DNA of 64,000 nucleotides from Octopus sinensis (GCF_006345805.1 NC_043000.1:35774001-35838000), one strand, 5' to 3'. Shown: positions 12,297 to 24,865, counted from the stretch's first letter. Numbers and translations are program-made. Notes: generated by a model from the letters alone, not told the origin.

Positions 12297-12570
12297 ACAG
12301 AAAAGAAAGTGATATTTTTGAATGCAGAGTCACTGTTAAAACAGCAGAAAAACCGGGCAATATTTTTCTTACAAGGCAGAAAAAGTTGTCAACAAACAAC
12401 CATGGGAGTCAAACCCATATCCTCCAAGACACTAGAGTCTTGGAGGATGTGGGTTCAATTCCCATGGCTGTTTGGCGACAACTTTTTCCACCTTGTAAGG
12501 GTAATATTGCCCAATTGTTCTGCTGTTGTAATGGTGATAGTGGATTTGAAAATATCACTTTCTTGTCTGT
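12297..12570. mobile_element. Palindromic fold-back MITE-like element
   Basis: Two 134-bp arms in exact register around a 6-nt loop (12431-12436), about 81% identity by hand count, no indels. Confidence 0.75.
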
Positions 12571-12664
12571 ATTATACAATATACATTTGGTGAGTCTACA
12601 AAGGAAAAAACAAATGTAAGTTTGTTTATATACACACGTGGTTGATATTTTATATATATACATA

Positions 12665-12893
12665 TATTTCTTTACTACCCACAAGGGGCTAAACATAGAG
12701 GGGACAAACAAGGACAGACAAAGGGATTAAGTCGATTATATCGAACCTAGTGCATAACTGGTACTTAATTTATCGACCCCAAAAGGATGAAAGGCAAAGT
12801 CGACCTAGGCAGAATTTGAACTCAGAACGTAAAGGCAGACGAAATACAGCTACGCATTTCGCCCAGTGTGCTAACGTTTCTGCTAGCTCGCCA
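12665..12893 (-). mobile_element. tRNA-derived SINE family B (Meta-like central domain), monomer
   Basis: rc head GGCGAGCTAGCAGAAACGTTAGCAC..GAGTTCAAATTC, centre GCCTTTCATCCTTTTGGGGTCGATAAATTAAGTACCAG, tail GGGTAGTAAAGAAATA. Confidence 0.85.
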
Positions 12894-13224
12894 CTTTTAT
12901 ATATATATGTATACATGATATATGTATATATTACATGCATGTATATACATATGTATACATAATATATATATGTGTGTGTGTGTGTGTATAATATAGAGTA
13001 TATGTAAATGCTAATGTCAAATAGTGAGAATGGGTGCTCAGCACTGTATTGGTCGATAAATATTCCTTTCCCGTTTTGTCCGCTGGACCATGACTGACAA
13101 AACCTCTTCAGATGTTGTTATTTCGTTGCTTTATTTAACCAATCACAATTTTCTGTTGAGCTCTGCAACAAATATATATTGCGTGATATTTACATGGGAG
13201 ATAAAATGGTTAAATCCTCCTCCT

Positions 13225-13530
13225 CCTCATCATCATCATCATCATTTAATATCTGTTGTCCATGCTGGCATGGGTTTGACGGTTTGACCAAGGCTGGCAA
13301 GCTGGCGTGCTGCACCACACTCAAGTGCCTGCTTTGGCATGGTTTTCTACGGATGAATGCCCTTCCTAACATGCCAGCCACTCTACAGAGTGTGCTGGGT
13401 GCTTTTGTGTGGCACTGCACGGGTGTTTTTATGTGGTGTCACATGGGCGTTTTTATGTGGCACCACGTTGGCACCTTTACAAAGCACACCACATGGGCGT
13501 TTTTACATGGCACTGCCACGAGTGTGTTTC
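13225..13530 (-). mobile_element. RTE 3'-UTR fragment, diverged
   Basis: (CAT)n followed by ccatgctggcatgggtttgacgg..ggatgaatgcccttcctaac. Confidence 0.55.
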
Positions 13531-13570
13531 TCTACCAATTACAGGGAGCCTTTCAGTGAGAAAGTGAATA

Positions 13571-13752
13571 GACTGTGACCATGCTGGAGCACTGCCTTTA
13601 GTTGAACAAATCGATCCCAGGAATAAGCCTAGTACTTATTCTATTGGTCTCTTTTGCCCAAACCACTAAGTTACAGGGGCGTAGAACACACCCACATCGG
13701 TTGTCAAGTGGTGGTGGGTGGACAAACACAAACACACACACACACACACACA

Positions 13753-13783
<31 letters not shown>

Positions 13784-14107
13784 TAAATTAGAGATAAAAC
13801 CACTATTAGGCAAATCATACAATGAAAAACTTAAGCCAGTACATAAGATTAAGTAATTTATATTATTTTAAATATATATCAATATTATTAAAAAAGGTAA
13901 TTAGTATAACACTACGAACGTTTCATATATATATATATATATATATATACGATAGGCTTCTTTTAGTTTCCATCTACCAAATCCACTCACAAGGCTTTGG
14001 TCAGCCTGAGGCTATAGTAGAAAACACTTGTCCAAGGTGCCATGCAGTGGGACTGAACCTGGCACCATGTGGTTGGTAAGCAAGCTTCTTACCATACAGA
14101 CACTCCT
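13571..14107 (-). mobile_element. SINE family A with an AT-rich fragment inserted in its microsatellite
   Basis: Tail and head match family A; the 13780-13925 insert is related to 41750-41830 and ends in rc GAAACGTT. Confidence 0.7.
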
Positions 14108-14839
14108 AAAAAAAGTATATCCACACTTCACATCTGCGGCTCCGATGGATCTTTATTTCTCCAGAGATATATTATATTGCTGATGCAGGGCTTGATGGTC
14201 TTGAGCTCATTATATAATTTTTAGGTTTTGTTGGGCTAGAGTAGAAAACACTGACCTTGAGCAAGTCTTCAACTGTAGCCCTGGGACGACCAAAGCCTTG
14301 TGGGTGGATTTGGTAGATGGAAACTGTACGAAGGTTGTTTTATAATCATCATTGTCATCGTCATCGTTCAGTGTCCATACAGTTGATGAGTGTGTGTGTG
14401 TGTGTGTGTGTGTGTACCCTTGTCTTGACATTGTGTGGTGGTTGTAAATGAGCATCACTGTCATACAAGCAAGGTTATTTGTTTCTTGTCTTACGTGGGA
14501 AACATGTTAGGCCATGGGGAGGATGTATTACTCTGCTTAGAAACAAATGGAGGTTGGTAACAGGAAAGGCATCCAGCTGTAGAAAATCTGTCTTAGCAAA
14601 TTCCATCTGATCTCTGCAAAAGCATGGAAAATATGAACATTTAAATGATGATGAATATAGACAGCTACTTGTTTTATATATATATATATATATATATATG
14701 TATCTTTCATAGTGAGACTAAAAATCCAGTGTAGAACTCAATATAAGTATGTTCCAGAATGAAGGTGTTAGCTGAGTATAGAGCAGTTATAATAAAGAGA
14801 AATGACAAAGAAATAAATGATTATCCTATGAACTTCATT

Positions 14840-14921
14840 AGCTTAGAGCTGTTTCTGCTATAAGATGCAGTGGGCTTATAGATTGAGTGCTTGAGTAACA
14901 CCTTATAGCTTCATCAGAGCC
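14840..14921 (-). ncRNA. Hammerhead-like motif (left arm; stem III mismatch)
   Basis: rc GGCT-CTGATGA-A-GCTATAAGGTGT..GCATCTTATAGC-A-GAAAC-AGCT-CTA-AGCT; 12-bp stem II; C instead of G at position 16.2. Confidence 0.55.
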
Positions 14922-15032
14922 TCGAATTTGAGGGGCAGTTTATTCGGGAAAAGAATTACATTTATGCATATGAGGAGATCAATACTGATATTTATAAAAA
15001 GAGAGTATATATACACTTTTTTTTTTATTCGA

Positions 15033-15113
15033 GGTTCTGATGAAGCTATAAGGTGTTATTCAGGTACTTAACTATGATTTCCCTACACCCTGTGGCAGAA
15101 ACAGGAGTAAGCT
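15033..15113 (+). ncRNA. Hammerhead-like motif (right arm), sense to the GRIPAP1 intron
   Basis: GGTT-CTGATGA-A-GCTATAAGGTGT..ACACCCTGTGGC-A-GAAAC-AGGA-GTA-AGCT; 11/12 pairs in stem II, GUA triplet, 4-bp stem I with two G-U pairs; non-canonical A/A at the base of stem II. Confidence 0.6.
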
Positions 15114-16274
15114 AAAGCAGTTCATAAGATAATCATTTATTTCTTTGGGACGAGGTAGTGAAGCATGATCTTCGAACTTTGGGCCACAGAGAGGTAACGA
15201 CTAGTGACTGAGACCATTGGCCATATGCTGTGCTTGAGAAGACCTGTCAAGCCAGGTGAAATCATAGTTGTGGCCGTTGTCGGTGTCACGTAAAAAGCAT
15301 CTTTTGAGCATTGGGCCTCATGGAGGTAATGACAAATGACCGAGACCGTAGGCAATATGTTCATGTATATTAATGTTGCATATTTTATATTTTCAATATT
15401 TTATTAATATCAATATCAGTTTTTAGTTGTTTTAAGTAGAGTTAATATTAACCCATAAAGCGCTGGGATTTGAACTTACAAGCATGGACTGCTGAGCAAA
15501 TTTTTATGAAAATGAGACTACCATGTGTACTTAAAAAACAAAAAAATAGTTAACAATATCTTCTTAGTATATAATGGTGGCAAGTTTTATATCATCTGAA
15601 AAGTCAGTTGAACTATTAGTCCTCTTGCATTCTGGGGGTATCGGAGCATCTGAGTGATATTAGACCCCTAACAAATGCTCATAAATTAAATGCATCTATC
15701 TGGGCCACGATTGTGGCCTGTCGACCTGTGCCTGACGGCCACGATCGTGGCCCGTCGCGCTCTATGTGTTAGTTGTTGTCAATCTAATGACACATGTGGA
15801 ATAGTTGTAAACATTCTAATATTTGGATATGAATCTTTTGAGGAGCTCATATCTTCAAGCCCTGGTTGTCCTCTTAAAATCCAAATACCCTCTTTGAACT
15901 TGTTTTTACCCCACTTGTTTCAGCTCAGTGGGACCACAATAAAATCTGATCTCGTTTCTTGCTCGGACAATTGTCTAAAGAAGGGACAGAGTTATCTACC
16001 TTTACCTATTTGCATTGTTTTGACTCGTTTAAATCGATGTCTTCATTTTATAGTCATTAATAAGTTATAATTAATTTACTGTTATCGTTAAAATACAAAT
16101 TAATATTCTGATGTGTTTATTGTCTTTCTTTCTTACCCCTAATTTATTCTCTGCTCTCATAATTCATGTGGTATATTAAAATATTAGATATTGTCGATCA
16201 CTGTTCTACACGTGTTTACATAAACCATGGGGCAAGTCACGATGCTACATTATTTCCCATAATCCACTTAGCAT

Positions 16275-16620
16275 ATCTTTTGCTTGCTCCAGTCATTGGA
16301 ATGTGGCCATGCTGGGGCACTACCTCGATGGGTTTTATACAAACAAATCGACCCCAGTGCTTATTTTTGAAGTCTATTGATCTCTTTTGCTGAACCTCTA
16401 AGTTATGGGAAAGCAAACAATTTAACACTGGTTGTTAAGTGGTGGTGGAGAGACAACCACACACACACAACGGGCTTCTACACAGTTTCCATCTACCAAA
16501 TTTTCTCTCTATAGCATTGGACAGACTGGGCCTATAGAAGAAGACATTTTCCCAAGGTGCTGTGCAGGGGGATTGAACCTGGCTGCAAGGCAAGCTTCTT
16601 GGCCACTCAGCCATGCCGGG
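16275..16620 (-). mobile_element. SINE family A
   Basis: gtggccatgctggggcac tail and head remnants match family A. Confidence 0.7.
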
Positions 16621-16714
16621 GGCTTCTCACAATGCTGTCTGTGTTATTTCTCTATTTGATACAGAACTGTTACTCTTTTACTTAATGATTTTATTTTCCT
16701 CTTGTATTTTGCAG

Positions 16715-16870
16715 GACCTGGAGACTTTGTCCCAAGAAGTGGTCCGATTATCGAAAGCCCCATCTTTGGTTTCATCACCGACGACAGATTTGGGTGGTGA
16801 TGCCAGTCTACCCCTCACCGAGCCATCGTCACATCTGAATAGCTGTCCCAGTGCAATATTAGCCCAATGA
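16715..16870 (+). CDS. GRIPAP1: GRIP1-associated protein 1, terminal coding exon
   Basis: ttgtattttgcag| acceptor; DLETLSQEVVRLSKAPSL..AILAQ-TGA (vertebrate DMEVLSQEIVRLSK); phase 0 matches the previous exon. Confidence 0.93.
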   Translation, partial: DLETLSQEVVRLSKAPSLVSSPTTDLGGDASLPLTEPSSHLNSCPSAILAQ

Positions 16871-19234
16871 AGCTGAAAAACAATGCACACACCACACACA
16901 CACACACAATTTCTTTCCTACTTTTACAAGTGTCAAAATATTTCAACACCAACCAACCAACCAACCAACCACACATGTGTATATATATAAATATATATAG
17001 CAAACACAACAGTAGCACTTCCCCCCCCTATTTCCTTTGTACATACATTTCATAGAGTTTTGTTATGTATATATATATATAAAACGTTCTGTACATATGG
17101 CTAGTGTGGATATTGCATCATAATGTTAGCTGATTACACACACACACACACACACGTTATGCCTACTTTACATGTTGACAAGAAATTTTGCCTCTTTTTG
17201 TGTTACACACACACACACACACATACACACACAGTTCATTAACGCATGTAGGTATGTATGTGCACACATATATATAAATGCATATACATATGTACATACA
17301 TACATATATACATACGTATATTACATACGTACATATGTAAGATATAGCTAAGTTTATAAATCTCAGGAGAATCTTCTATTCCATTGGAGTAGTAGTAGTA
17401 ATAATAATAACAATAATAATAATAATAATAATAATGAGCCATTAAGGCATTTTTCTGTTTGAGCCAAAATCTAAGGATATTGTTTAGTGAGTAAATATGC
17501 AGGAGTAAATATCTCGTCAGGCTGTGAAGCAGCTCTGTTGGTGTTTTGACCCCTTCTGCTGTGACACATGAGCTGCTTGGGGCCACCCAGCAATATAAAC
17601 AAGAAGACTCCTATATAACAGCTTGAGCTTTGTTGAGTCAGATGTTGTGACTCTGGGCCAGATGTTCCCCTCATCCTCAGTGTCCAGTCTTGTTGCGCCA
17701 CCTGTCCTTTCTCTCTTGAACTAGAGTTAATGGTTAGCTTTCTCAGTAGCTTCCTATGGCGAAAGACTAAACAAAATGTAGGTGTTAGCTAAATTAGGTT
17801 AGCGGTCAACAACCATTCCATTCTTGAAATCTTCATGACATTAAAAAGTCTGCTACTGGCTGAATCATTACTGAACCAAAAATATGTATTTTGGTTGCTT
17901 AGAGAACTGATTCAAGGTTTTGCTAAATCTCCCCATTTCTTCAATTATAGCTGGGATTTTCCAAACATCTTAGACTATTAGACTTATAATATAAAGATAC
18001 CTTATGAAATCCTTTTAGATGATGTCTTGGCGTCGTAAATGGTTTGTCCTTCTCTCTTTTGACCTCCACCTCCCCAACACTTTCTTGTTGTATTCTCTTT
18101 AGACGACACATTTTTCTAAACATCTCTCGTACTTTAATTTGAGAGTGAACTCTGATATTCCAACACATGGTTACATGATGTACTTTGGTGATTGATAAAA
18201 GGAAAATAAATAAACAAAGAAAATAAGACTAGCAAATGACAAAACGTCATCTTTTATAAAACTTCTTGGGAAATAAGAAATCCTAACTCCTTTCATTTCC
18301 AATTATTGTTTCTGTAGCCAGATTGAAATGTATGAAGAATTTGTTATTAGCTGCCGTGTGTCCATTGTTGCTCTACTTAGTTGATTGGAAGTCATTTGCT
18401 GCACCACTCATTCAAGTCCGTGCTGATCCTTTCAACCAAACGTTGTTGATCCATTAACCTATTTTAGACAATAATTATTGTTGTACAAATGTGTTTGTTA
18501 TGAAGAAATTAAACTTGCTATTTAATTTGATTGGTTTTGTTGTAAATGCATTTTGTTTTTTGTAGCACACTTTGTTTTAGATGTAAGCCTCATCAAAATA
18601 TATAGGCCAATTGGTGCATTTAATCATTAAAGATGCAACAACCTTTTTTTATCAATTCATGAGAAAGTAAAAAGTTCTCATTAAACAAGACTACATCCCA
18701 TTACCCTGTACTACTTGGTCACCATTTGATGCTCTCTTTTTTCTTTACTTTGACTGTACTACATCTAATTATGGACTAGATGGTTGACAAGTCAATTTAG
18801 AGAATAAAAAAAAACAAAAAAACAAGCAGTTATATTATTTGTTAGTATTTCTGATAGTGGTGGTCGTGGTGGGTATGTGACTGGGCGAAATGATAAACTA
18901 GGCATCTCTTTCAATGTAAACTTCCTGACCTTTTGATCTTGTTTCTGCTTTTCTCGCAAGAAAACTGGAAACCGTTTTCTTCCATTCCTTTCCCATGACC
19001 AGAACATTCTTGGATCCAGCAGGGGTTTCAGGAATTTTGTCAAAGTTCAGTTATTGTCTGCTGTTTACAGAATAAATCCATGACTTTTCAAATTATTTTT
19101 GACTTTACTAAATTTTTGTCACTAACTGACTTCCATTTTGCCTTCCATTTTCGATCAGCCTAAAGAATACTTCCTTACCCTAACCTCCATTCTTACCACA
19201 CACCTTTCTGTGTTCTTCCCTTCAACACTTGATC

Positions 19235-19269
<35 letters not shown>

Positions 19270-22200
19270 CCAAGCAAAAAACTGTTATTTACAAAGATAT
19301 GCTTCCAACAATTAATTGAAATTAGTTTTATTTTTCCTTTATTATTGGAGAGACATTCAAAAGGGTTCCAACCATGGACTTCTCTTTGATGTCTTCTTCA
19401 GTTTACCAATAAATAATGGTTTACCAAGGAGAGCAATGTCTTGCAGTTCTTCACCTTTGATCCCATAAAGGAAGAATTACTTTTATCATTTCAATGGTCT
19501 GATGAAATCAATAGTCTTCACTTCAATCATAAACTCTCTTCAATACCAATTCCTTCCATTGAACTTCAAAATATTTTGACCTCTATTCTTCCTGAAGGTC
19601 AAACATTATTTAGTATAAGCTCCATCAATGTTTGTTTACAAATTTTTTGCTTATTAAATATTTTTGTGTGTTTTTGTTACATTAAAAAAAATACAAGATC
19701 AATATATTGTTAGTTAGAGATGCTTTATTCATAAAATGCTTTGGTCACTCTGTAATATGTCCTCAAGTGACCCCCACCCCTCACAATGATGACTGTAAAA
19801 TCTAAAGGTTGCAACAATACACATTACAGCAGATAATTATTCAAATTAACTGATCACAGTAACTATTTGTCTCATTATCGAAACTTTCATTAATTTATCT
19901 GTTGTCATCGATGATGACGAAGGGCAACATCAAATGTGAGAAGAAGACGGGGCCCAGTATGTCCAGCTGTGGTCAATCAGTCCAATGCATTCTCAGAAAG
20001 CTCTGCTGCAGGTCGGGGTCTGCATTGGTGGTCTGTTGAGACTGAAAGTAACGAGTTGGCTCAGGACTTGTGCACTTTGCATTTTCTTTGTGGCCCTACA
20101 GACCTGTTCTGTTCATAGGAGATTGCACCTCTGTTGGTGTAGCTTTGCCAGGCAGGGCAGTTATGTGCTTGTGTTTCTCAAATGTTGGGGGTTGATCTCA
20201 TTCTTCAAACCAGTCACACAGGTAATTGTATGTGTGCTAGTTTCAGAATCTGTGCTTTGAGTGTTATCAGGTCACCTGTTTTCACGGGAAGGGGTGAAGT
20301 CTCACTCCCTTATACAGCTTGGAAACTGGGTTAGCCTTATGAGTCTTGCGATATTATGAGACCTTGATCTCTGTCATTAGGAAACTTACAAATTGTGACA
20401 AACCTAATACCAGTAATTATATTGGGAATGGGTTTCTTTTACTATGTTTATACATATCATGTATGTTTTATGTTCACCTTTTAGCATTCAGATTATCCTG
20501 TCAAATGTAATTAGCTTATTAATCCACATTGTTTTCAATTAATCCTGGATTATCTTGTAGCTTCTGTGGTAGTTTAGTTTCAGAATTACATTATTGTAGA
20601 GTAGGTGTGAGGGGTCAAATTCGGCCAGTTTGGACACAAAGCAGGTAGAATATTTTGGCCAGATGTGGATGGATTTAAATGCCAAAGGGTTCCTGAAAAT
20701 GTAGAAGTTATGGGAAATATGAAATCATTTTAAGACTTAATCTCAAAATGGATAAAGCTGTAAATAATATATTGGGTTAAAATACCACTTGGATAAAAAA
20801 ACCTCAAAAGATCCTGAAGGTTACTTGTGAGAATTGAACTTGCATCTTCTGTACCTATGTCCTGTTCTTCTTTTGCACCTGTAGTGGGGTCGCCATGCTG
20901 CTTGTAAGATTATGAACTGCAAAGTAGGCAGATTCACATCAGGAGATGGCGGCAGGGTTTAAGGTATAAGAGATGAGATGAAAGAAGGGTCAAGAGAAGT
21001 ACAAGTTCCTTGCTGTAGAGGGGTCACATGGCTGCTTGCGTCTTAGAAGAGAAGCAGGAGTGATTGGGATGGAGCTGGGGAAAGCTAGTGGCGATTAGGT
21101 GTGTCTGTATGGACCCTGAAGATACTAGGTAGGAAGAAATAAGTAGGGACAGCACCAGGAGTGTGGGTGGATGGAGGGTGGAAGAGAATGGGAGAGATGG
21201 GTGAGGACGTGTATATAATGAATGAGTGTTGAGGGACAGGTATGGGACGTAGGGAAGAGTAGGTGACAACTGCAGAGAATGGACAGGGTTGAGAGATGGA
21301 TATAATGAGTGGAGAGTATTAAATATATGTGTATATATTATATATGTGTATATACATTAAAATGTAGGTGATGGACAAATTAAAAATATTATGTAGCAGT
21401 AAAATATCTCAATATGTTAAAAGTAGAAATTAAATATTCATTATAACAAAAATATATCTAAATAAAAACGAAATTCTGTCTGTCCGTCTGGGACCCCCGT
21501 ACCTCAGTTTACATTTGCTCTACATAGACATATTATACCTCTTTTGGAATCAGGATGATGCCAGGATTGAAAATCTGAACTTTGATTTTGATATAAAAGC
21601 ATTTGGGTTGCTGTTTCTAGCAGGTAAAACTTGGCTGATTCACGCCATCTTGCTTGGCGTTTGTCAGATGACGTCAGAGATCAAGGGAAGATAAATGACA
21701 TTCGCTTCGTTACTTTTATGTCGAGATAAGAACGTTGGGACAAACTGGCCAACAGTTGGAATTCAACTTAGGACTGGAACAATAGAATGATTGCATTACA
21801 GAATTAATTCTCATCCGTCCTTAACCCCTGGTAAAATACTACCGAGGCATATAATCATTACAGATGTATTTTAGTCATGCTCTTTAGTTTTGGGCTGCAG
21901 ACCCAATTAGCCCTCTGCAGGATCCAGCTTAAAAGTCCGCACGGAGGGCTGCTTTTAATCTCGTTGAAAATATTTTGAACTGAAAGATGGTTACATTTTT
22001 CTAGAATCTTCAGTAAGAAAGAAACTGGTATTCAAAGTTACATGGCAAAACCACACATGTGTGCTTCGTTACATAAAATGTTTTGTCTCCATACTCTTCC
22101 ACCTCAGTTACGTGTTCTTCTGTTTCACAGTGTAATCCTTGAAATGTAACCATTTGTAAGCCTTATACCACTTTCTGTATTTCTCTACTTCTCTCTCCCA

Positions 22201-23178
22201 TCACGGTGCCTGAATAAGGAGAGCATCCGTTACGCTCTTATCGTTGCCTATCTCTCTGCTAACCACCATATCTTCTCCCTAGCTCTTTCTTATCAGTAAT
22301 CATGTAGTTGCCTTTACTGTCTCTCTTCCATTACTCAGTCTTAATGTATCTCTCCCATTTATACCCCGCCTTTCTTCAGTGTCACTTCAATCATCAAGTT
22401 TTCCTCATCACACTCTCACACCTTTTCTCCTCTCACCATAATCCATCCTCTGAAACAGTCATTGGATTGCGGCCATACGGGGGCTCCACCCCAAGGGCTT
22501 TAGCCAGTGATATCGATCCCAGTATGTTCGGTGCTGTGGGATCGAGCCCATATCTATACGGTAGTGAAGGGAACATCTTATCTACACAGTTATACTTGCT
22601 CGGATGCACCTACACACACACACACACACACACATACACCTCTCCCACACACATTTTAATTACGAACTGATTTCGGCCCAGCAAAGTTACTTGACGGTTT
22701 CATGTGAAACATGCCATGTTAGGTAGAAAGCAGCATGGCTTGTGTGTGTGTCTCGTCTTGACAGCGTGTGAGGGGTAAATGAACGTCATTCTCATTTCAA
22801 TCCTGTAAGAAAACATGTCCAGGCAAGGGAAATATTACTTTGCTCTTCAGCCTTCATCTATTGGTGAAGGTTGAAGACAGGAAGGGTACCCAGCAGTAAA
22901 AAATCTACCTCAGTGAATTCCATTCAATCCATCTGAGCATGGAAAAGTGGTTGTTGAAACGATGATGTCCACTGTATATTATATTAGATGATTCAGAACG
23001 GTTATTTTCAGTTTTTGTTCATCTTTTTATTGTTATGAATTTACAAAGAACACAATTGTTTCTAAGTTACGTTGACGAATAATGCTTATGTCTGAAAAGC
23101 TAAACGTTCCGGCCGAAGCTAGCGTTTTGTTTATAGAACTGTTGAGTATTTTAGTATTGGCAGTGACTGCTTTTTACC

Positions 23179-23378
23179 TATTTCTTTATTACCCACAAGG
23201 GGCTAAACACAGAGGGGACAAACAAGGACAGACATAGGTATTAAGTCGATTACATCGACCCCAGTGCGTAATGAAAGGCAAAGTCGACCTCGGCGGAATT
23301 TGAACTCACAACGTAACGCAGACGAAATACCGCTAAGCATTTCGCTCGGCGTGCTAACGTTTCTGCCAGCTCGCCGCC
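23179..23378 (-). mobile_element. SINE family B monomer with internal deletion
   Basis: 16-bp TSD GTGACTGCTTTTTACC at 23163-23178 and 23381-23396. Confidence 0.88.
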
Positions 23379-23490
23379 TTGTGACTGCTTTTTACCATCT
23401 ACCATTTTGTTAGTTGTACCTGTAGTGTGATGGAAGAAAAGGACAACAGAAAAAGAAGCAAACGGGAGAAAGAAATGCAAAAGGCCTTAC

Positions 23491-23771
23491 CTGTTGACCT
23501 CGGCGGAATCAGCGGGCACTCTCACGAATTAAACTCGTCTTGCCTTTCTGCCGTCTCAGCTCGAACTGTCCACACGTGATTCCTGACCACACGCGCTTCC
23601 TGCCCACGCATGCCCCTTTCACTCTTCCGCCGGTCCCTGCAGTCTTCACTTCCCTTTTGCTTCATCTACCATCCTCTCCACCAACACCACATAGCTCATC
23701 ACAGCCCATAATACCGTGAACACCACAGTACCTATGGTTATTGCCAAGATGAAAAATTTCTTGGCCATCAT
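23491..23771 (-). pseudogene. Disabled first coding exon of a type II membrane protein (possibly GT7 beta-1,4-Gal/GalNAc transferase-like), or a 41-aa transmembrane micropeptide
   Basis: aaaATGATG start; MMAKKFFILAITIGTVVFTVLWAVMSYVVLVERMVDEAKGK*; a 1-nt shifted frame runs SEDCRDRR..DEFNS*ECPLIPPRST into a CAG|GTAAG donor at 23491. Confidence 0.4.
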
Positions 23772-24865
23772 TTTGATTTCTCAAGTTATCAAATTCCTCG
23801 CATATCATCTACCCATCAAATTCTACTTTGTTTTCATATCTGGTCTCTTACATTGACCCCCAGAACAGATCTGACTGGACGTCATTCGAAAATACGCGAT
23901 GTGTTTCTTGTAATTTGATTGGTCACACTTTGCTAATGCCATCATTCAATTTGAAAGATCCTGCTTGCTTACGTACACTATATTTGCAAGGAAAACTGTC
24001 GGGATTAAAATCGAGGCAAGGATTTACTACTCTCTTCTACATGTTTTCCCCGAGACCATTTTGCTCAGTTATTTATGTAACCTAATATTATCCACCAGAC
24101 GATATTTACTGAATTTTATTTTCCCGCCTTCATACATCCTTCTCATTCACTGACCATCTTTCTGTAACCCAGCAACATCACATTTCGTATGAACAGCTTA
24201 ACAATCTGCCTGCTACTCGGACAAAGAATCCATGTAATGCTAGAAGTGGTAATTACTCTCTGAATTTTATCTACTCCGTTCTGTGACCAATTTTCAGAAC
24301 AACCGCCATCATTGATGATAAATTCATCCATACAAGAAAGGCATTCAAATACCTTTTTGCATTTGAAAGAATATACAGGGTTGTCAGGCGAATACGCTTG
24401 TCCCCCCCCCACCTCCTACTTGGTACTGTATCGTCACATGTCGGAAAAGAGGTAAGATTTAATCAAATTTCAAAACGATAAATAAATGTAGAGGAGGAAT
24501 ATAGCTGTACGAAACCATAAACTATTGCGATTAGAATGTATAATCCGTGTTCAAACAACATTGGGAAGGATTAAAACATGGAAAAGAAATAAAAAAGACC
24601 AACAACAAAATTTATATTTCATAGATACAACAACAACTACTACTACTACTACTACTACTGTGCATCTGAGTCGTTCGTCTCTTCCGGCCTACCAGTAATC
24701 CCGCCACACTTCTTGTACACCCCTATTTTGCACCGAGAACATCATATGGTATTCCTACTGACTCCTTTTCTGCATCACTTCCCCAATGGGTGATGGTTCG
24801 TGTCTCTTTGCGGATTAAAAATTTCGTCTTATGTTAAACCCACACGACTCTAGTTAAAGCCTCCT

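Larger units (their letters stand above)
14806..15147. mobile_element. Fold-back element whose two arms each carry a hammerhead-like motif
   Basis: Inverted arms 14806-14926 and 15028-15147 with identical outer ends; each has CTGATGA..GAAAC. Confidence 0.8.

Noticed and set aside
16871-19080. GRIPAP1 polyadenylation site
   Set aside because: Several AATAAA/ATTAAA candidates (about 18205, 18627, 18680, 19073); cannot choose without RNA data
19930-20400. GC-richer block after the GRIPAP1 3' region
   Set aside because: Stops in all frames and no identifiable homology; possibly an old transposon relic
20900-20950. rc CTGATGT-GAATCTGC..GCAGTTC-ATAA resembling a hammerhead
   Set aside because: Both core segments are mutated and no stem I/III; at most a very old relic
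24143-24412. 89-aa ORF upstream of the signal-anchor exon
   Set aside because: No recognisable motif or splice signals; length is within chance expectation
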